Positions 13,111 through 26,385 of a stretch of DNA of 64,000 bases are shown piece by piece. The DNA is from Eledone cirrhosa (lineage: Eukaryota). Positions within the stretch are counted from its first letter, which is position 1. Each line of letters opens with the position of its first letter. The stretch covers positions 192,758,001-192,822,000 of the forward strand of contig OZ024741.1 in assembly GCA_964016885.1 (NCBI GenBank), given 5' to 3'. The notes under the pieces were generated by a model. It was not told where the DNA came from. It did no database searches and saw only the letters and a program-made list of their open reading frames with translations. The position numbers and the translations under genes were made by a program.

Positions 13111-14910
13111 CCAGTCTGTGGAGCTAACATTACTAGCAACTACATACTTTCCTTCTTCCTCTCCCTGATCGTACACTCCATCATTGAAATTTCCACGGAT
13201 ATATGTGACAATACGGAGGACCTCCTCAGCAGAATCAGCGAAAATAATCTGTCTAGGGACCTAACAGACTGTATAATAGGCAGTATGGATGTCGTGTCCC
13301 TATACCCACCCATTGACGTGAATTTTGCTGTGGAGAAATGCGTGGAAATGATCAGTGAGAGCAATGTTGAATTCCGTGAGATTGATAACAGTGAGCTGGG
13401 ATTCCTACTTAAACTTACATATAATAATGATTATCTAGATACGTATGACCTTAGCAACCTCTGATCCACAAGGCCAGCAAGAGGCAGACCACATACCATT
13501 ACCTCAATGGCCAAGAAAACCCACGCAAAAAGATGGAACGGGTGGACCAGAGCCATACGAAACCCCGAAAACCATGATGAACTAAAGAAAATGATTGCAC
13601 ATGCGGTGGGGGTCAATATAAAAACTAACCCTTAAGGAACATATGTTCAAATTTAATGGAAAAACATATGCTCAAGAGGAGGGAGCAGCCATTGGTGTTA
13701 GCATTGCAGGTGACATAGCTAACCTATTCGTGGTTTGGTGGGACATATAAACTTAAAGAACAATTATAAGACAACAACCTCTTAACCCTGATAATGTACT
13801 CCCGCTACGTTGATGATATAAACATCGTAGTAAAAACACCCCCACTAGAGAACAGCCAGGAATTCGAGAAAAACACTACGGAAAGCATCCAGCAAATAGC
13901 TAACTCCATCCACCAGAGTATTAAAGTTACTATAGACTACCCAAGCAAAAAGCCCAACCATCGATTACCTGTACTAGACACAGACCTCTGGTTAGAAACC
14001 ATTAATAACAAAAAACAAATCCTCCATTCCCATTATGCCAAACCCATGACTTCCAAATACGTGATCCACCGAAACTCAGCTGTTTCGGATCACACCAAAA
14101 TCAACATACTGATTGCGGATTTAGTAAGGGCGGTGAGGAACGTGTCCCGCATGTGCAACCCCGAAGAACTAGAGAGACACATACAACACTTCATCCACCG
14201 TATGTAGTTCTCTGGTTACAATCAGAGAGATAAAATCAGAGTGTATAGGGGAGCTAAATAATGACACAAATGGGACCTGCCCCTTGTATAGGAGCAAATT
14301 TTGGAATAGAATAGAACGAACTAGGAATAAGGCTAATAGAATAAACTCATGGTATGATAGCAATAAATACCAGAGTGCAATTTTCATCAATACAACCCCT
14401 AGAGGTGAACTAGCTTACAAATTTAGAAGGGCCCTAGATAAACTTAAACTAAATATTAAGATAGTGGAAAGACGAGGTACCTCCATAAAAACACTTATTC
14501 GTAATACATACCCTTTTCAAAGACCTCCCTGTATAGATAAGAAATGCATAATCTGTAAACTAAGCCCCCCTATTAAATGCAAAACTAGAAACATAGTATA
14601 TAGTATAAGATGTACTGAGGGACAATGTAAAGATAAGAATATAATGTACATAGGTGAGACAGCTTGTAGCATAGGAGAACGATTAAATGAACACTGGCGA
14701 GAGCTTCAAGATAGAAAAGACTCATCAGTACTCCACCAACATGCTAAAATAGAACATAAGGGCAAATTAGAGAACAGGCATAAAAATAAAATCTACACAC
14801 AGAAAAGACGCAATGTTTAGACAAATCACAGAGGCAATAAACATAAATGAACTCCAACCAAAATTAAATAGAAAACATGAATGGAATAGCAACATCACAG
14901 CTTACAATTA
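13111..14910 (+). pseudogene. Disrupted PLE reverse transcriptase/GIY-YIG endonuclease ORF
   Basis: Open from 13111 apart from TGA at 13462, then frameshifts and stops near 13630, 13750, 14205, 14258 and 14790. ORFs 13794-14207 and 14284-14820 are pieces of it. Confidence 0.85.
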
Positions 14911-15107
14911 AGGACAAAATGAAAACACACACATTTAGAACAAACAACCAACTAGTAACATGTAAATAAACAAATAAATAAACAAATAAAAACACACACA
15001 GACACCTGGATGCAACACATGCGCAAACTAAGCACACAACACACACAAAAATAATATGGCGTAGGACAGAACAAAGGAGAGGCACAAAACAAAGAAAAGA
15101 ATCCCCG

Positions 15108-15149
15108 GTCACTGATGAGGTCACAGAATGTGTGACGAAAGAACTTGAC
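15108..15149 (+). ncRNA. Type I hammerhead ribozyme motif in the PLE pLTR (1 nt shorter at the cleavage site than the 16574 copy)
   Basis: GTCA-CTGATGA-G-GTCACA gaatg TGTGAC-GAAA-GAAC-TTGAC. Confidence 0.7.
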
Positions 15150-15301
15150 AATATATGAACAACCATCCGGTTGTGGAACCAACCAACCAACCAACCGGAA
15201 ATTCATAAATTTTTTAAATTTATAATTTAATTTATAATAAATTGGAGTGAAAGCAACTGGTACGTGTGTTTCTTATTGGCAACATAGCCCTCCCAAAGAA
15301 T

Positions 15302-15880
<579 letters not shown>

Positions 15881-16029
15881 ATGTATTTTTCTTCTGCCTA
15901 TTATTTATTTACTCATTTAATTTAAACGTCTGTGGAGTTCTAGTAAATCAGGCTTGCCTGGAAAGGGCATCCTAAGAAGGTAAACCAAGAGAGGAAAATG
16001 TTTGTCTGTATATAGATACACCAATCAGC

Positions 16030-16410
16030 TATGGAGAGGCTGAATTCCGTAACGCCGTACTCTGCTCCCACTCTTCCCTGGCCTGTGCTCGGCCGAATCC
16101 CCAAGGACGCCGCATGCATTCTCGGCTACCCCATTCTCCCAAAAGCCATAGGAAAATGCCTGGATACCAAGCACGATTAGTAGAAAGGCTGCGCCGTATT
16201 GACGCTCACCGCGCGCTCTTCCACTTGAAGAACTGTTTCGCCCTTCCCAAACTCACATTCAAGCTGCGCGGTGCATCTTGCCACCCCCACGCAGATATTC
16301 TCGGGGAATTTGGAGCCATCATTCGACGCTGTATGGAACTCATCTGCAATGTCAGTTTCGACAGCGCAGGCTGGCAACAGGCGAAACTCCCAGCGAAGTT
16401 CGGACAAGCA
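16030..16410 (+). mobile_element. CRE-clade RT fragment related to 626-2242
   Basis: IDAHRALFHLKNCFALPKL..CNVSFDSAGWQQAKLP parallels INGHPALFLLR..CNVRFDDIGWQQASLP in ORF 1377-2168. Confidence 0.75.
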
Positions 16411-16524
16411 AAGGCCTCTCTATCCCCCAGTATACCATGGTCCAACGTAACTAGGACGACATCAATTGCAGGTCTTCTGTCAGGCGCATCGAGTCCGACT
16501 TGGACTAACACCTTTCTCAGCTCA

Positions 16525-16740
16525 AAAAGATGGTGTAGGAGAGAAGAAAGGAGAGAGACAAAATAAAATCCCAGTCACTGAGGAGGTCACAGAATGTGTG
16601 ACGAAAGAACTTTGACAATATATAAACAATGTCTGGTTATCGAACCATCAACCAACCGGAAATTTATAATAAATTGAAGTGAAAACCAAAAGGTGCGTGT
16701 GTTTTTATTGGCAGCATGACCCTCCCAAAGTATAAATATA
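16525..16740 (+). mobile_element. Solo PLE pLTR related to 15050-15308
   Basis: Colinear similarity (GTAGGA.AGAA.AAAGGAGAG...GGTCACAGAATGTGTGACGAAAGAAC...TTATTGGCA...CCTCCCAAAG), ending in (TA)n. Confidence 0.8.
16574..16616 (+). ncRNA. Minimal type I hammerhead ribozyme
   Basis: Stem I GTCA/TGAC, core CTGAGGA, one extra G, stem II GTCACA/TGTGAC, GAAA, short stem III AG-aa-CT, cleavage triplet CUU. Confidence 0.75.
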
Positions 16741-16906
16741 TATATATATATATATATATCAAGTAAGAATATTTTCGAAACAGCGAGTGGGTTTGAAATT
16801 ATTAGAAATGTAAGCTATCGCCGTATTTGGACTAAAGAAATTAAAGAAATTATTTAGCCTGATAGTGGGATTAAGAACCCTCGGAGAAATGGAAAAAGAT
16901 AAATAT

Positions 16907-16978
16907 TGACGTACATGGGAGTCGAACCCACATCTTTGGTTATCCGGACCACTGTGCTACCATTTACACCAACACATC
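16907..16978 (-). tRNA. tRNA-like cloverleaf (pseudo-tRNA or repeat-borne), anticodon GGA
   Basis: GATGTGT-TG-GTGT AAATGGTA GCAC-A-GTGGT CCGGATA ACCAA-AGAT-GTGGG TTCGACT CCCAT-GTACGTC-A. It has C at position 33, several G-U pairs and no long variable arm. Confidence 0.55.
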
Positions 16979-16995
16979 ACCCTATATATATATAT

Positions 16996-17550
16996 ATGCT
17001 TTAAATTAAGCATACAGTGTATTGCAAAATACACTATATATACATTTATATATATATATCGCTATTTCAGAGTACCAATTCTAATTTTCAATTTCTGCAT
17101 GACCGGCAACCGCTCTGTATAATCAGTTCCCGATTATTACTTGAATTTGTAGTAAGACGCCTCACGCTCCTTGATAGAACAACGCCGGTTGAGAACGCCA
17201 GAAAGAAAAGACAGACAGCCACTGGAAAGCCGACGGATCACACGCCAGATACCAGCCTCTGTACAACACCATTGTTTGTGCTACAACAAAAAATAATACT
17301 GCTAAAAATTCTATAACAATCCAACATTCATAATTTTCAGCAAACAAGGGAAGAGTTTGGCTTTGATAAGTACCAACAGTACGAAACAGAACTCTGTCAG
17401 CTTATCTCCCCTTGTTTGCTGAAAATAGAAGTAAGTGACACAGTCACCACTTTAAAACAATAGCGCAAGGTCTTCAAAATGCTTTTAATTAAGCATACAG
17501 TGTATTGAAAAATACACTATATATACATTCATATATATATATATATATAT
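16996..17550 (+). mobile_element. Small non-coding element bounded by ~55-bp direct repeats and containing a hammerhead-like hairpin (non-autonomous PLE/retrozyme-like)
   Basis: ATGCTTT.AATTAAGCATACAGTGTATTG.AAAATACACTATATATACATT at ~16996 and ~17479; internal hairpin at 17333-17426. Confidence 0.55.
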
Positions 17551-17684
17551 AAGAAAATGAGGGGTTTTTTTTAAAACCACAAACCCTCCATCTCAATTCT
17601 ACTTTTGAAAAGCATAAGAAGTGTGAAACAGGTAAAGGAAACAAATAAATATCCTTAAAAAGTCTCCAGTTGCGTTATGCTATG

Positions 17685-17729
<45 letters not shown>

Positions 17730-18056
17730 ATGCAGAATGACCTGGTGCGCACGTATATGACACGTTTAAAATACATATAAAACAATAAATATATAGCAGC
17801 ACGCCGCGTTAGATATAAACATAAACAACTCAACTCTGTTCGATTGGAAGAACCTAAATTTCCAAAAGGTGAGAATATTTGATTGAAATGGCTAACATAT
17901 ACAATGAATACGATTGAACGTTATAGAGTAAGTTTGACAAGTTTTATATACAAAAGCTTGAGCCCCAGGCTAACGTTTGTGGTGTTCTCTACTTCCAATG
18001 TATTCGTTCTCGAAGAGCTTCCCGTAGTGAGCCGAAACGAACGAGTTCACTTTATT

Positions 18057-18161
<105 letters not shown>

Positions 18162-18932
18162 ATACTAATATATATCTTCATTGTACATAACTTCATCTTC
18201 TATGTTGTTCTTCCTTGTTTACGTTTCGTATACATACATAAATACCCCCCCCCCCATATACATATATACATATATCTATATAGAAAGAAGATACTAGTCG
18301 GTGTATATATATATATATATATATAGACACTCACTCATATATGTTTGTGTATAAGGCGATGTAATTATATATTTATGTGTTTGTGTGTCTGTGTGTTCGT
18401 GTGTGTCTTTCAATAAACAACAGGGCGATAACCAACAAAATAAAAATAATTAAGGTCACCGCATAATTAATTAAATGTTAAATAATTAATGATTATTTAA
18501 ATGTCAGGTAATTAGCACTTCAGTAATTAAGAAATTAACATTTAAATCATCACATTTGAAAATAAAGTAAATGAAAATCAGACAAATACCGTAGAGAGAA
18601 TTTTCAAAGAAATTATGTACTTCTTTTGATTTGGTAGTTGCTTTTTATTATCGCTTAGTTAGAGAAGAAAGGGTAGTACCTATGGTTGCTTATTTTTTCG
18701 GAGAGTCGCGGAAAAGGTAAAAAGAAATTACCTTCAAAGCGATATCCCGACCCGAGTAATTGCCACTGAGTAAATTCCTCTCGGGTCCCAAACAAATCAA
18801 ATTAAATTAAAAAAATACTGCGAGACATCGCATTCGACGCTCTAGCAATTCCTCTAATCTATGGTATTTAGTATGGAATAATGTAGTGGGTAGAGAGAAT
18901 CGTTAGAACAATGGATAAACTATCTTGCAGTC

Positions 18933-19275
18933 GGTGGATTGGCAGTATCGGTAGAGGGTCGGACGCCATGCTTTCAAGCATAGTTACGTCCCTTTACGAT
19001 CTGAGTTCAAATCCCGCCGAGGTTGACTTTGCCTTTCATCCTTACGGGGTCGATAAAATAAAGTACCAGTAATGCACTGGGTAATTGCTGGCCTTGTGTC
19101 TAAAGTAGAAACAAGTATTTAATTACAACTTATTTCGATCTAAGTTCAAATCCTGCCAGGTCAAATGTTCGATTTATCCTCCCGGGATCAATAAAAACCT
19201 CTCAAAAACTGGGTTTGATTTAACTTTCTAACTTCGCACGCCAAACTTCGGGCCATATGTCAATGTTAGAAATTT
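18933..19275 (+). mobile_element. SINE of the 8018 family plus a degraded second unit
   Basis: GTGGATTGGCAGTATCGGTAGAG...GAGTTCAAATCCCGCCGAGG...GTACCAGTAATGCACTGGG. Confidence 0.85.
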
Positions 19276-20449
19276 CATATTCGCAAAGAATTTTCTGTAG
19301 TTGTTGCTGTTATTGTTGTTTATACTTCATCAGCTGTGATCGAGCATGATCAGAATGTTCCATCCGTGACCACCTCATCATTGTTCAGACTCATACTGTA
19401 TTTATAACGGCATTGCATTATCCTAATTATCATTCGTGCCAAATATACTATACATACATTCATATATATATATATATAGAGAGAGAGAAAAATACTGCAG
19501 GTAGCACATGGTAACATGTAATAAAATACGTCCTCATCAGTGATTTGCCGAAGATCATAGATATTTCATTGCATTAAAAATCATATATCTCACTTCGGTG
19601 CAATAATAACCAAAATAAGTTATTAGGACAATTAAAACGCGTAAAGCGAGTGAGACAGGGGAACAACAGAAAAGATAGCATACCGTGGGAGAGAAACAAG
19701 CTTCAAAAATTATTCTGTTAGCGTAAGCTAGGTGAATATATGAGCGCTAGGGAAAGAATAGTCCAGCACGAACGAATGCCATTGAGCAGAGAGAGAAAAA
19801 ATAGCGTCCGTGAGTGCAGGATGAAATGAAGAGAAGAGGGAGAAAAACAGTGAGTGAGTGAAAGTGTGAGGAAGAGTTAACGGACAAGACAGAGGGGGAG
19901 AAACAGAGAGAATGGGGGAACAGTAAGAGAGAGAGAAAAAACACAGAATCGCAATATATATATATATATATATATAGTAATAATAATAAAATTGAAGAAT
20001 ATTTCTGTCTGATGCGTGGAACATCGCCGGTAAGATTTTTTGTAAATTTATATACGAAAAACAGAACAAATTGTTTGAAAAAACATATTATTTTGTAGAT
20101 TAACCCCCAAGCTGAATTGTCAGCTGGGTGGTAATCCCATTGTTCGCCCCTTTAGGGGCGAAAATTTAATTTAAAAATTGTTTTAAAATATCAAATTTTG
20201 CCAACTATAAAACATGAATAACACGAAGGGAACGCTGGAGAACGTCAATAGAGAAAAGAGAGAGAAAGAGGCAGATTTTAACGTTATATCTGCTTCTGCT
20301 ACTAAGGACGTCGCCATGGATACGACTGTCAACAAAGGGAAAAAATATTTGTTTCTACTTTAGACACAAGGCCAGCAAATTACCCAGTTCATTACTGGTA
20401 CTTTATTTTAGCCACTTGAAGATTGTACAATTTCTACCGTCGAAGCAGA

Positions 20450-22167
20450 AAAAAAAATGAAAATATAGGAATTAAACCCATTAACATACATACACATGAA
20501 AAAAACATCAGCAACTCCACAGAAACATCTACACATAAAGTTTCACCTCGTCAAGGAACTGAGATTTCCAACACCGAGGCTAACAACGATAACAACAAAA
20601 ACAACAACAGCAAACACCACACAAAAAAATGTCTTTCGCTGAAATAGTGAACAAAAAACAAGATTTTATAAATCTTGACATCTCCAATGCAAGAGATATG
20701 CTCCAGCAAGGGAGAAAATTTGTAACTTTCGAAGAAAAGCGTGGGTTTAGAATTAACTCACCCCTTGAAATAAAAGACGACACAGTTCGAAGATCAGTTA
20801 TCTTTAGGACTGTGTCCAATACCACGAGAAAGCCGATATTTGTTAGCCAAGGAGATATAGAAAATACCTTGAAAGAAATTCTAGCAAATATCGAATTTCT
20901 CCAACGAGGAGAACAGTACGGAAGTGTTTCCGGACTGTTTAAAAGCGAGGCACTCGACCAAAAACATTCTGTGACACCAATAGTGTCAAAAGCATTCACC
21001 TTTTTCCCTACATACATGGGAAAAAGGACACAAAAAATAAAAATAGAAAATATACCACCAAACATTAACATCTGGTGGATCTTAGCTGGCTTCGTAGAGA
21101 CAGAAACTGATATGATTCTTTCGATACGAAAGTCTATTCGACAAAGGTGGGCGGGTACTGATTTGGAGATTCTGTTGCAAATGAGGCCGGAGATAATCTC
21201 CAAAATACCCGAATGAGTCGTCATCGATGATAACAACAAAATAAACATTTCGGTAGAAGGATGAACATTTCATTGCTTTCGCTGTGGTAGCACAGCACAC
21301 CTAAAAGCCTCTTGGCCTTCACAAACACACCACAACAACATCATTAAAAAAACACTATTACCAATATCAACACCAAAACAACCACCACCACATCAAGTAC
21401 AACAGACGAAACGAACAACCACACCAAAACAAACAGCCACTCAACCAACAACAACAGAAGAAACAGAGACAACACCCCTGAAGAACACAGCCCCACCCAC
21501 TCCACTCCATCAAACACTACCACAAACACACACACCGAAACACAACCACCACACAACATACCTCTAACCCACACTCCTGACGATGATTATTCACCGACGG
21601 ATGAAGCTGCTTCTCCGTCTTTAAGTGAAGAAGAGGGAGAGCCGCGGAAATCTAAAAAACAAAAAAAAGAGACACCACAAAACCCCCAAAACACCAATCA
21701 CCAACACCATCACGCAACCACAGACACAAACAACAACACAAACAACACCACAGTCAAACGTCCCCCTACCAGCAAAACCAACACCAACACCACCCCACAC
21801 AAGCACCCACCATAAAAAGAAAACTACCGGACGAACAACAAACTAAAACAACACAACAAAAACACAAACAACAATACGCATACATCAACACAAACAACAA
21901 GAGTTTGATGGAGGTCATCTCCCAAAACCCCAAGGTGGAGACGGAGGGCAAAACTATCAAGGCAGAATCGTCTCCACACCTTAAACTTATAAGGGTTTCT
22001 ATGGAAACCTATAATGACCTGAAAATAAATTTTCACAGAACGTGGGCAACCCCTGCCAGAAACCCATCAACCGCGTCCTGTTAAAATGTTTCCCCACCCC
22101 ACCCAACACCCCATCTAGCACGCAAATCGAGATTGAACAACCCGATCTCCAGGAAACGAAAAGGTAA
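20450..22167 (+). pseudogene. Copy A ORF1 (gag-like, degraded CCHC knuckle), disrupted
   Basis: RSVIFRT..FTFFPTYMGKRTQ and CFRCGSTAHLKAS; ends PINRVLLKCFP..ETKR*. Homologous to copy B ORF1. Confidence 0.75.
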
Positions 22168-22208
22168 GTGCGCCTTTCGTCCTTTTTCTCCAACTCTTCT
22201 TCACCAAC

Positions 22209-25200
22209 ATGGCTAGTTTACGAGTTGGAAGCGTGAATGTGCTGGATGCCCTGGAAACAGGGCCAACTTTTAAACGACCTTAGGTCACACGGTATGGATG
22301 TGATAGCCATCACCGAGTCCAGGATCCACAACAGGCAGCAACTAACCGCCATCTTCGACGACTTTGAGATCTACGCATCTCTCTGTCAGCCAGCAGGTGG
22401 ACGGGGAGTGGCTGTCATGTTCCGGAAGAACCTGGACGTCGAAGTACAGCAACTACACTTGGACCCGGAGGGTTGACTGGTAGTCCTAGACGTGAACAGT
22501 ATTGGAGGTGAAGTCTTCAGACTGGTGGCCGTTTATGCTCTGACCGGGCAATCGTAATCACAGCCAGACTTCTTTAAGCGTCTAGAGTCTTTTCTGGGAA
22601 CGTCTCGCTCCTTACTTTTAGTGGGGGACTGGAATGGTATCCTAGATGCACGATGGGACTATGTGGGAGTATGTCCCAGTAGAGGGGGTGCAACAGCCTC
22701 AAAACTTTAATCGGCCAATTCCAACTGGCCGATAGGTATCGACTGGATTTCCCGACTGCACCACAGTGGACGTGGGCAAACCGCAGCGGGACATCTAGAT
22801 CGTATTTAGATAGGTTCTTCATTAGAGAAAGGAACAAGGAGATGTTAAGCTGTCCACGAATGCACATGATTGCCTATTCAGATCACAAATTAGTCGTCTG
22901 CTTAGTCAACTGTGATAGAATACATAGACAAGGACCCGGATACTGGAAGCTGAACGTGCCGTTGCCGGCACGTAAAGCTTACAGTGAACGGATAAGTAGA
23001 CTAGTCAAGCAAAAGTTAACGGGAGCCATCGTCAACAATAAATGGTGGTACTCTCTCAAGAAAGCAATTAGAATAGAATCGATAGGATTTAGCAGAGAGT
23101 TAGCCTTAGAGAAAAACAAAATAGAAAGAGAACTAGTAGCCAAGGTAGAGGGGGCACTTGGAAGTGGCAACGCGGCTAGAGGGTTAGCGTCGAGAACGGC
23201 ACTAGACCAGTTCTTCGATGCAAAACACGAAGGCTGCGTGGTCAGAAGCAAAACACGTGCTCTAGGAAACGAAGGAGCGAAAGCTGTCAGCTGGGCCCTA
23301 GTGGCGGAGGCGAAAAGTTGCAACAAGTCCACGATTCGGTCTTTGAAAGACCAAAACGGACGCGTGCTACTTGACCCGAAGCAAATATGCGCGGCCTTTC
23401 AGCAGCACTTTGCGCGACTGTTTGAGCAGAACGACAGTGAGCCGAACGGGGCATTGAACTTTAGTTCATACCTCAACGGCTTGCCGCGTCTCTCGAACAT
23501 GGGCACCGAGTTCTGCGAAAGACCGATCACGGACACTGAGATACGGGACGCTCTGGGCTGCTGGGGGAAACGCAAGTGACCCGGTCTAGATGGTCTACCT
23601 ATGAGTTTTACATAGGCATCCCGGACTTGTTCTCTGGCGTCCTCGAAGCCGTCTACTGCAATTGGCAGTAGAACGGGAGAATTCCCAGTTCTGCAGGCAA
23701 GGGCGTAGTAACGCTGATCAGGAAAGACGAGAACAAGGGGGACGAAATTAACAACTTCAGGCCCATAACTCTGCTCAACACAGAGTTAAAGATTTTGGCC
23801 AAGGTGCTAGCGACGAGGTTGGCGCTTGTCGTCGAGAACCTGGTAGGGAAAGCGCAAACGTGTGCAATCCCGACTAGGTCCATACCCAACAACCTCCACC
23901 TCATGCGATACATCATAGAGAGGGTGGGAAGTAAACCCGGCTTCGGTGGGGCTCTGATCAATTTGGATCAGTCTAAGGCATTCGATAGAGTCAACCATCG
24001 ATACTTGGAAGTGGTTCTCAAAGCGGCCGGTTTCGGTCCCGTTTTCAGAGGCTGGATCGAGGCGATGCACACGAGCATCTGCTTGAGGGTCAAGGTGAAC
24101 GGCTACCTTTCGGAGCCGTTCGCAATCACGCGTTCCATTCGACAGGGGTGCCCGCTCTCCTCCATTCTGTATGTATTGACTCTAGAGCCACTACTGCGGA
24201 AATTGGAGCTGTTGCAGGGCATACCTCTAGAACCGGGACTGCGCAAAGAGGCGTCGGCTTATGCCGACGACATGACGGTAATGGTGTCGAGTACATCGGA
24301 AATCGGGGTGATCGGCAACTTACTTAAAGAATACGAAACGCTGACGGGAACAAAACTAAACCCGGACAAGACTGTCGGTTTGCAACTCGGTACGTGGAGA
24401 GGCAAACCGATGACGTCCGACAGCGTCGTTGGACGATGGACGGACGGACCGGTGAAATTACTCGGGGTCTGGTTCGGTCCAGACCTCCAGGTAGAGAAAA
24501 ACTGGAACGAGGTCACGGCCAAGGTGTTTGCACTCACCCAGAAGTGGACAGAGTGCAAACTGTCCTTGAAAGGTCGAGCGGAGGTGGCGAACACTTTCAC
24601 AGCGTCCGTCATCTACTACCGCTTGACTGTCGTGCCTTGTCCCCGTGAACACCTCGCCAAGATGGAACGCATGCTCTTCCAGTTTCTGTGGAAGAAGCAG
24701 GCTCTGCTGGTGAGGAGATCCGTCTGCTGTCAGCACCCTTCCAACGGAGGGCTGGGAATGCCGTGGCTGATGATGCGCAAACATGCGCTGAGGCTGCGGC
24801 ATCTCCAGGTATTCCTCACCCCCACCCCCAACCGTGGGGGCACCGTTTGTGAGACAGGCTTTCCGACAGCTCGTCTCGCTGACGGAGCTGCAGTCCTGGG
24901 TCAAGAAAAGACCGAAAAAGGTGGGCGCCTGACACATTGAATGCGCTCAGGCGCTCACAGTCCTCTGGCAAGAGGGCACAGCAATCAGTGGAGACTCCAC
25001 TTCGACATTCTATAGAGGGATTGTACGTTACAAGGGCGACGACGTGGTCGGAGAGACTCTGGGCGTCGAAGACGATGAGCTCACCAGTCTGTTTGGTAGG
25101 ACTTTCCGCCCGGGACCTATGGACAACTTCCAGAGGTCCCTGGTCTGGCAGTGCTACCGGGGAGTTCTACCGGTTCGTGACAAGATCTACAGGCACGGAC

Positions 25201-25628
25201 GCCCCGGCAGGGATCCTTCCAAGAGGACGTGTCCAAGATGCGCGCAGGACATTGAAACAGTCTTGCACGCAATTGTACACTGCCCGGGCGTAACCGACCT
25301 GTGGAACTATGCAGAACAACTGCTGTCGCGTATGGGACAAATCCAGTTGACTGCCGAGTCCATAGTAAGGATCAAACCTCTTGCCTATTTCAAAAACGAA
25401 AGAGAGGCGGTTTTCCTCTATACGGTGGCTATGGTGAAAGAAGTTATATGGTGGACGTTATTGAGAGGACTGAGGACAGATGCCTTTTTCTCCGGACAAC
25501 AATTGATTCCCTTCTTTAAGTATCACTTTAGAAGGAGAATCAGGGTGGAGAGAGAGGCACTGCACCCCAGTAAATTTACTGGGTGAATGAAGCGAAAATG
25601 GCCCGAGCTCTGTTTATAAGCCTGTAGG
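22209..25628 (+). pseudogene. Copy A ORF2 (APE endonuclease, RT, CCHC), with several frameshifts and stops
   Basis: MASLRVG, ITESR, GDWN, SYLDRF, YSDH, SKAFDRVNH, RQGCPLS, YADD, CPRC..ETVLHAIVHC. Confidence 0.9.
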
Positions 25629-25861
25629 TTGAAGAAGAGAGCAAAAGGAAGAAAGGAGCACTAGCACAACACGCTCCTGGAGTTGAGGGTTGTTCTATCG
25701 ACGGGGTATTAAACAACCCATTTGTGGCTCCTCCCTCCTATTGGGGATTTCGATTGTTGTAATTGTTTGTTTTTATATTTTTTTTACACGACTGTATGTA
25801 AAATCCCGGCATGTCTTTGTATTGTCCCCTTTTCTTGTGCGCCCTTGTGGCTAATAAAGAA

Positions 25862-25970
<109 letters not shown>

Positions 25971-26385
25971 CTTTATCAATCTAGCTGTCGTCTGTTCTAC
26001 AGCGTAGATGTAATTCACTTCGCGAGAGAAGTTTTTTTCAAATTTATTGCGGAAATTTTGTAAGTTCAAATTTAATTTTGATACTATTGTGTAGCTTGAC
26101 CCCCCGTATGAACTGTCAGGCGGTGGGTCAGCTCATCTTTACCCCTCCTAGGGGTGAAAAACCTGTTTTTAAAAATTTTGTGGCAAAAAAAAAATTTCAA
26201 TCGTCTGACAGAAATGTTAAACGAAGCTAACGAAAGTAGTGGTGGGGGGACAGCGGTAAGAGTTGTAAGCTCGCACGCTTTAGTCCCCCCCTTCCTTCCC
26301 AACTAACGTCATAGAGAAGGAAGGAAAAAATAAAATAAAAACAGACGAATCTGCGGAGAAAAATGACGAAAACACAAATCTGGAC

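Noticed and set aside
20580-21248. Antisense ORFs over LINE coding regions (also 1390-2082, 27172-27690, 29031-29531)
   Set aside because: Shadow frames of retroelement ORFs, not conserved between paralogous copies.
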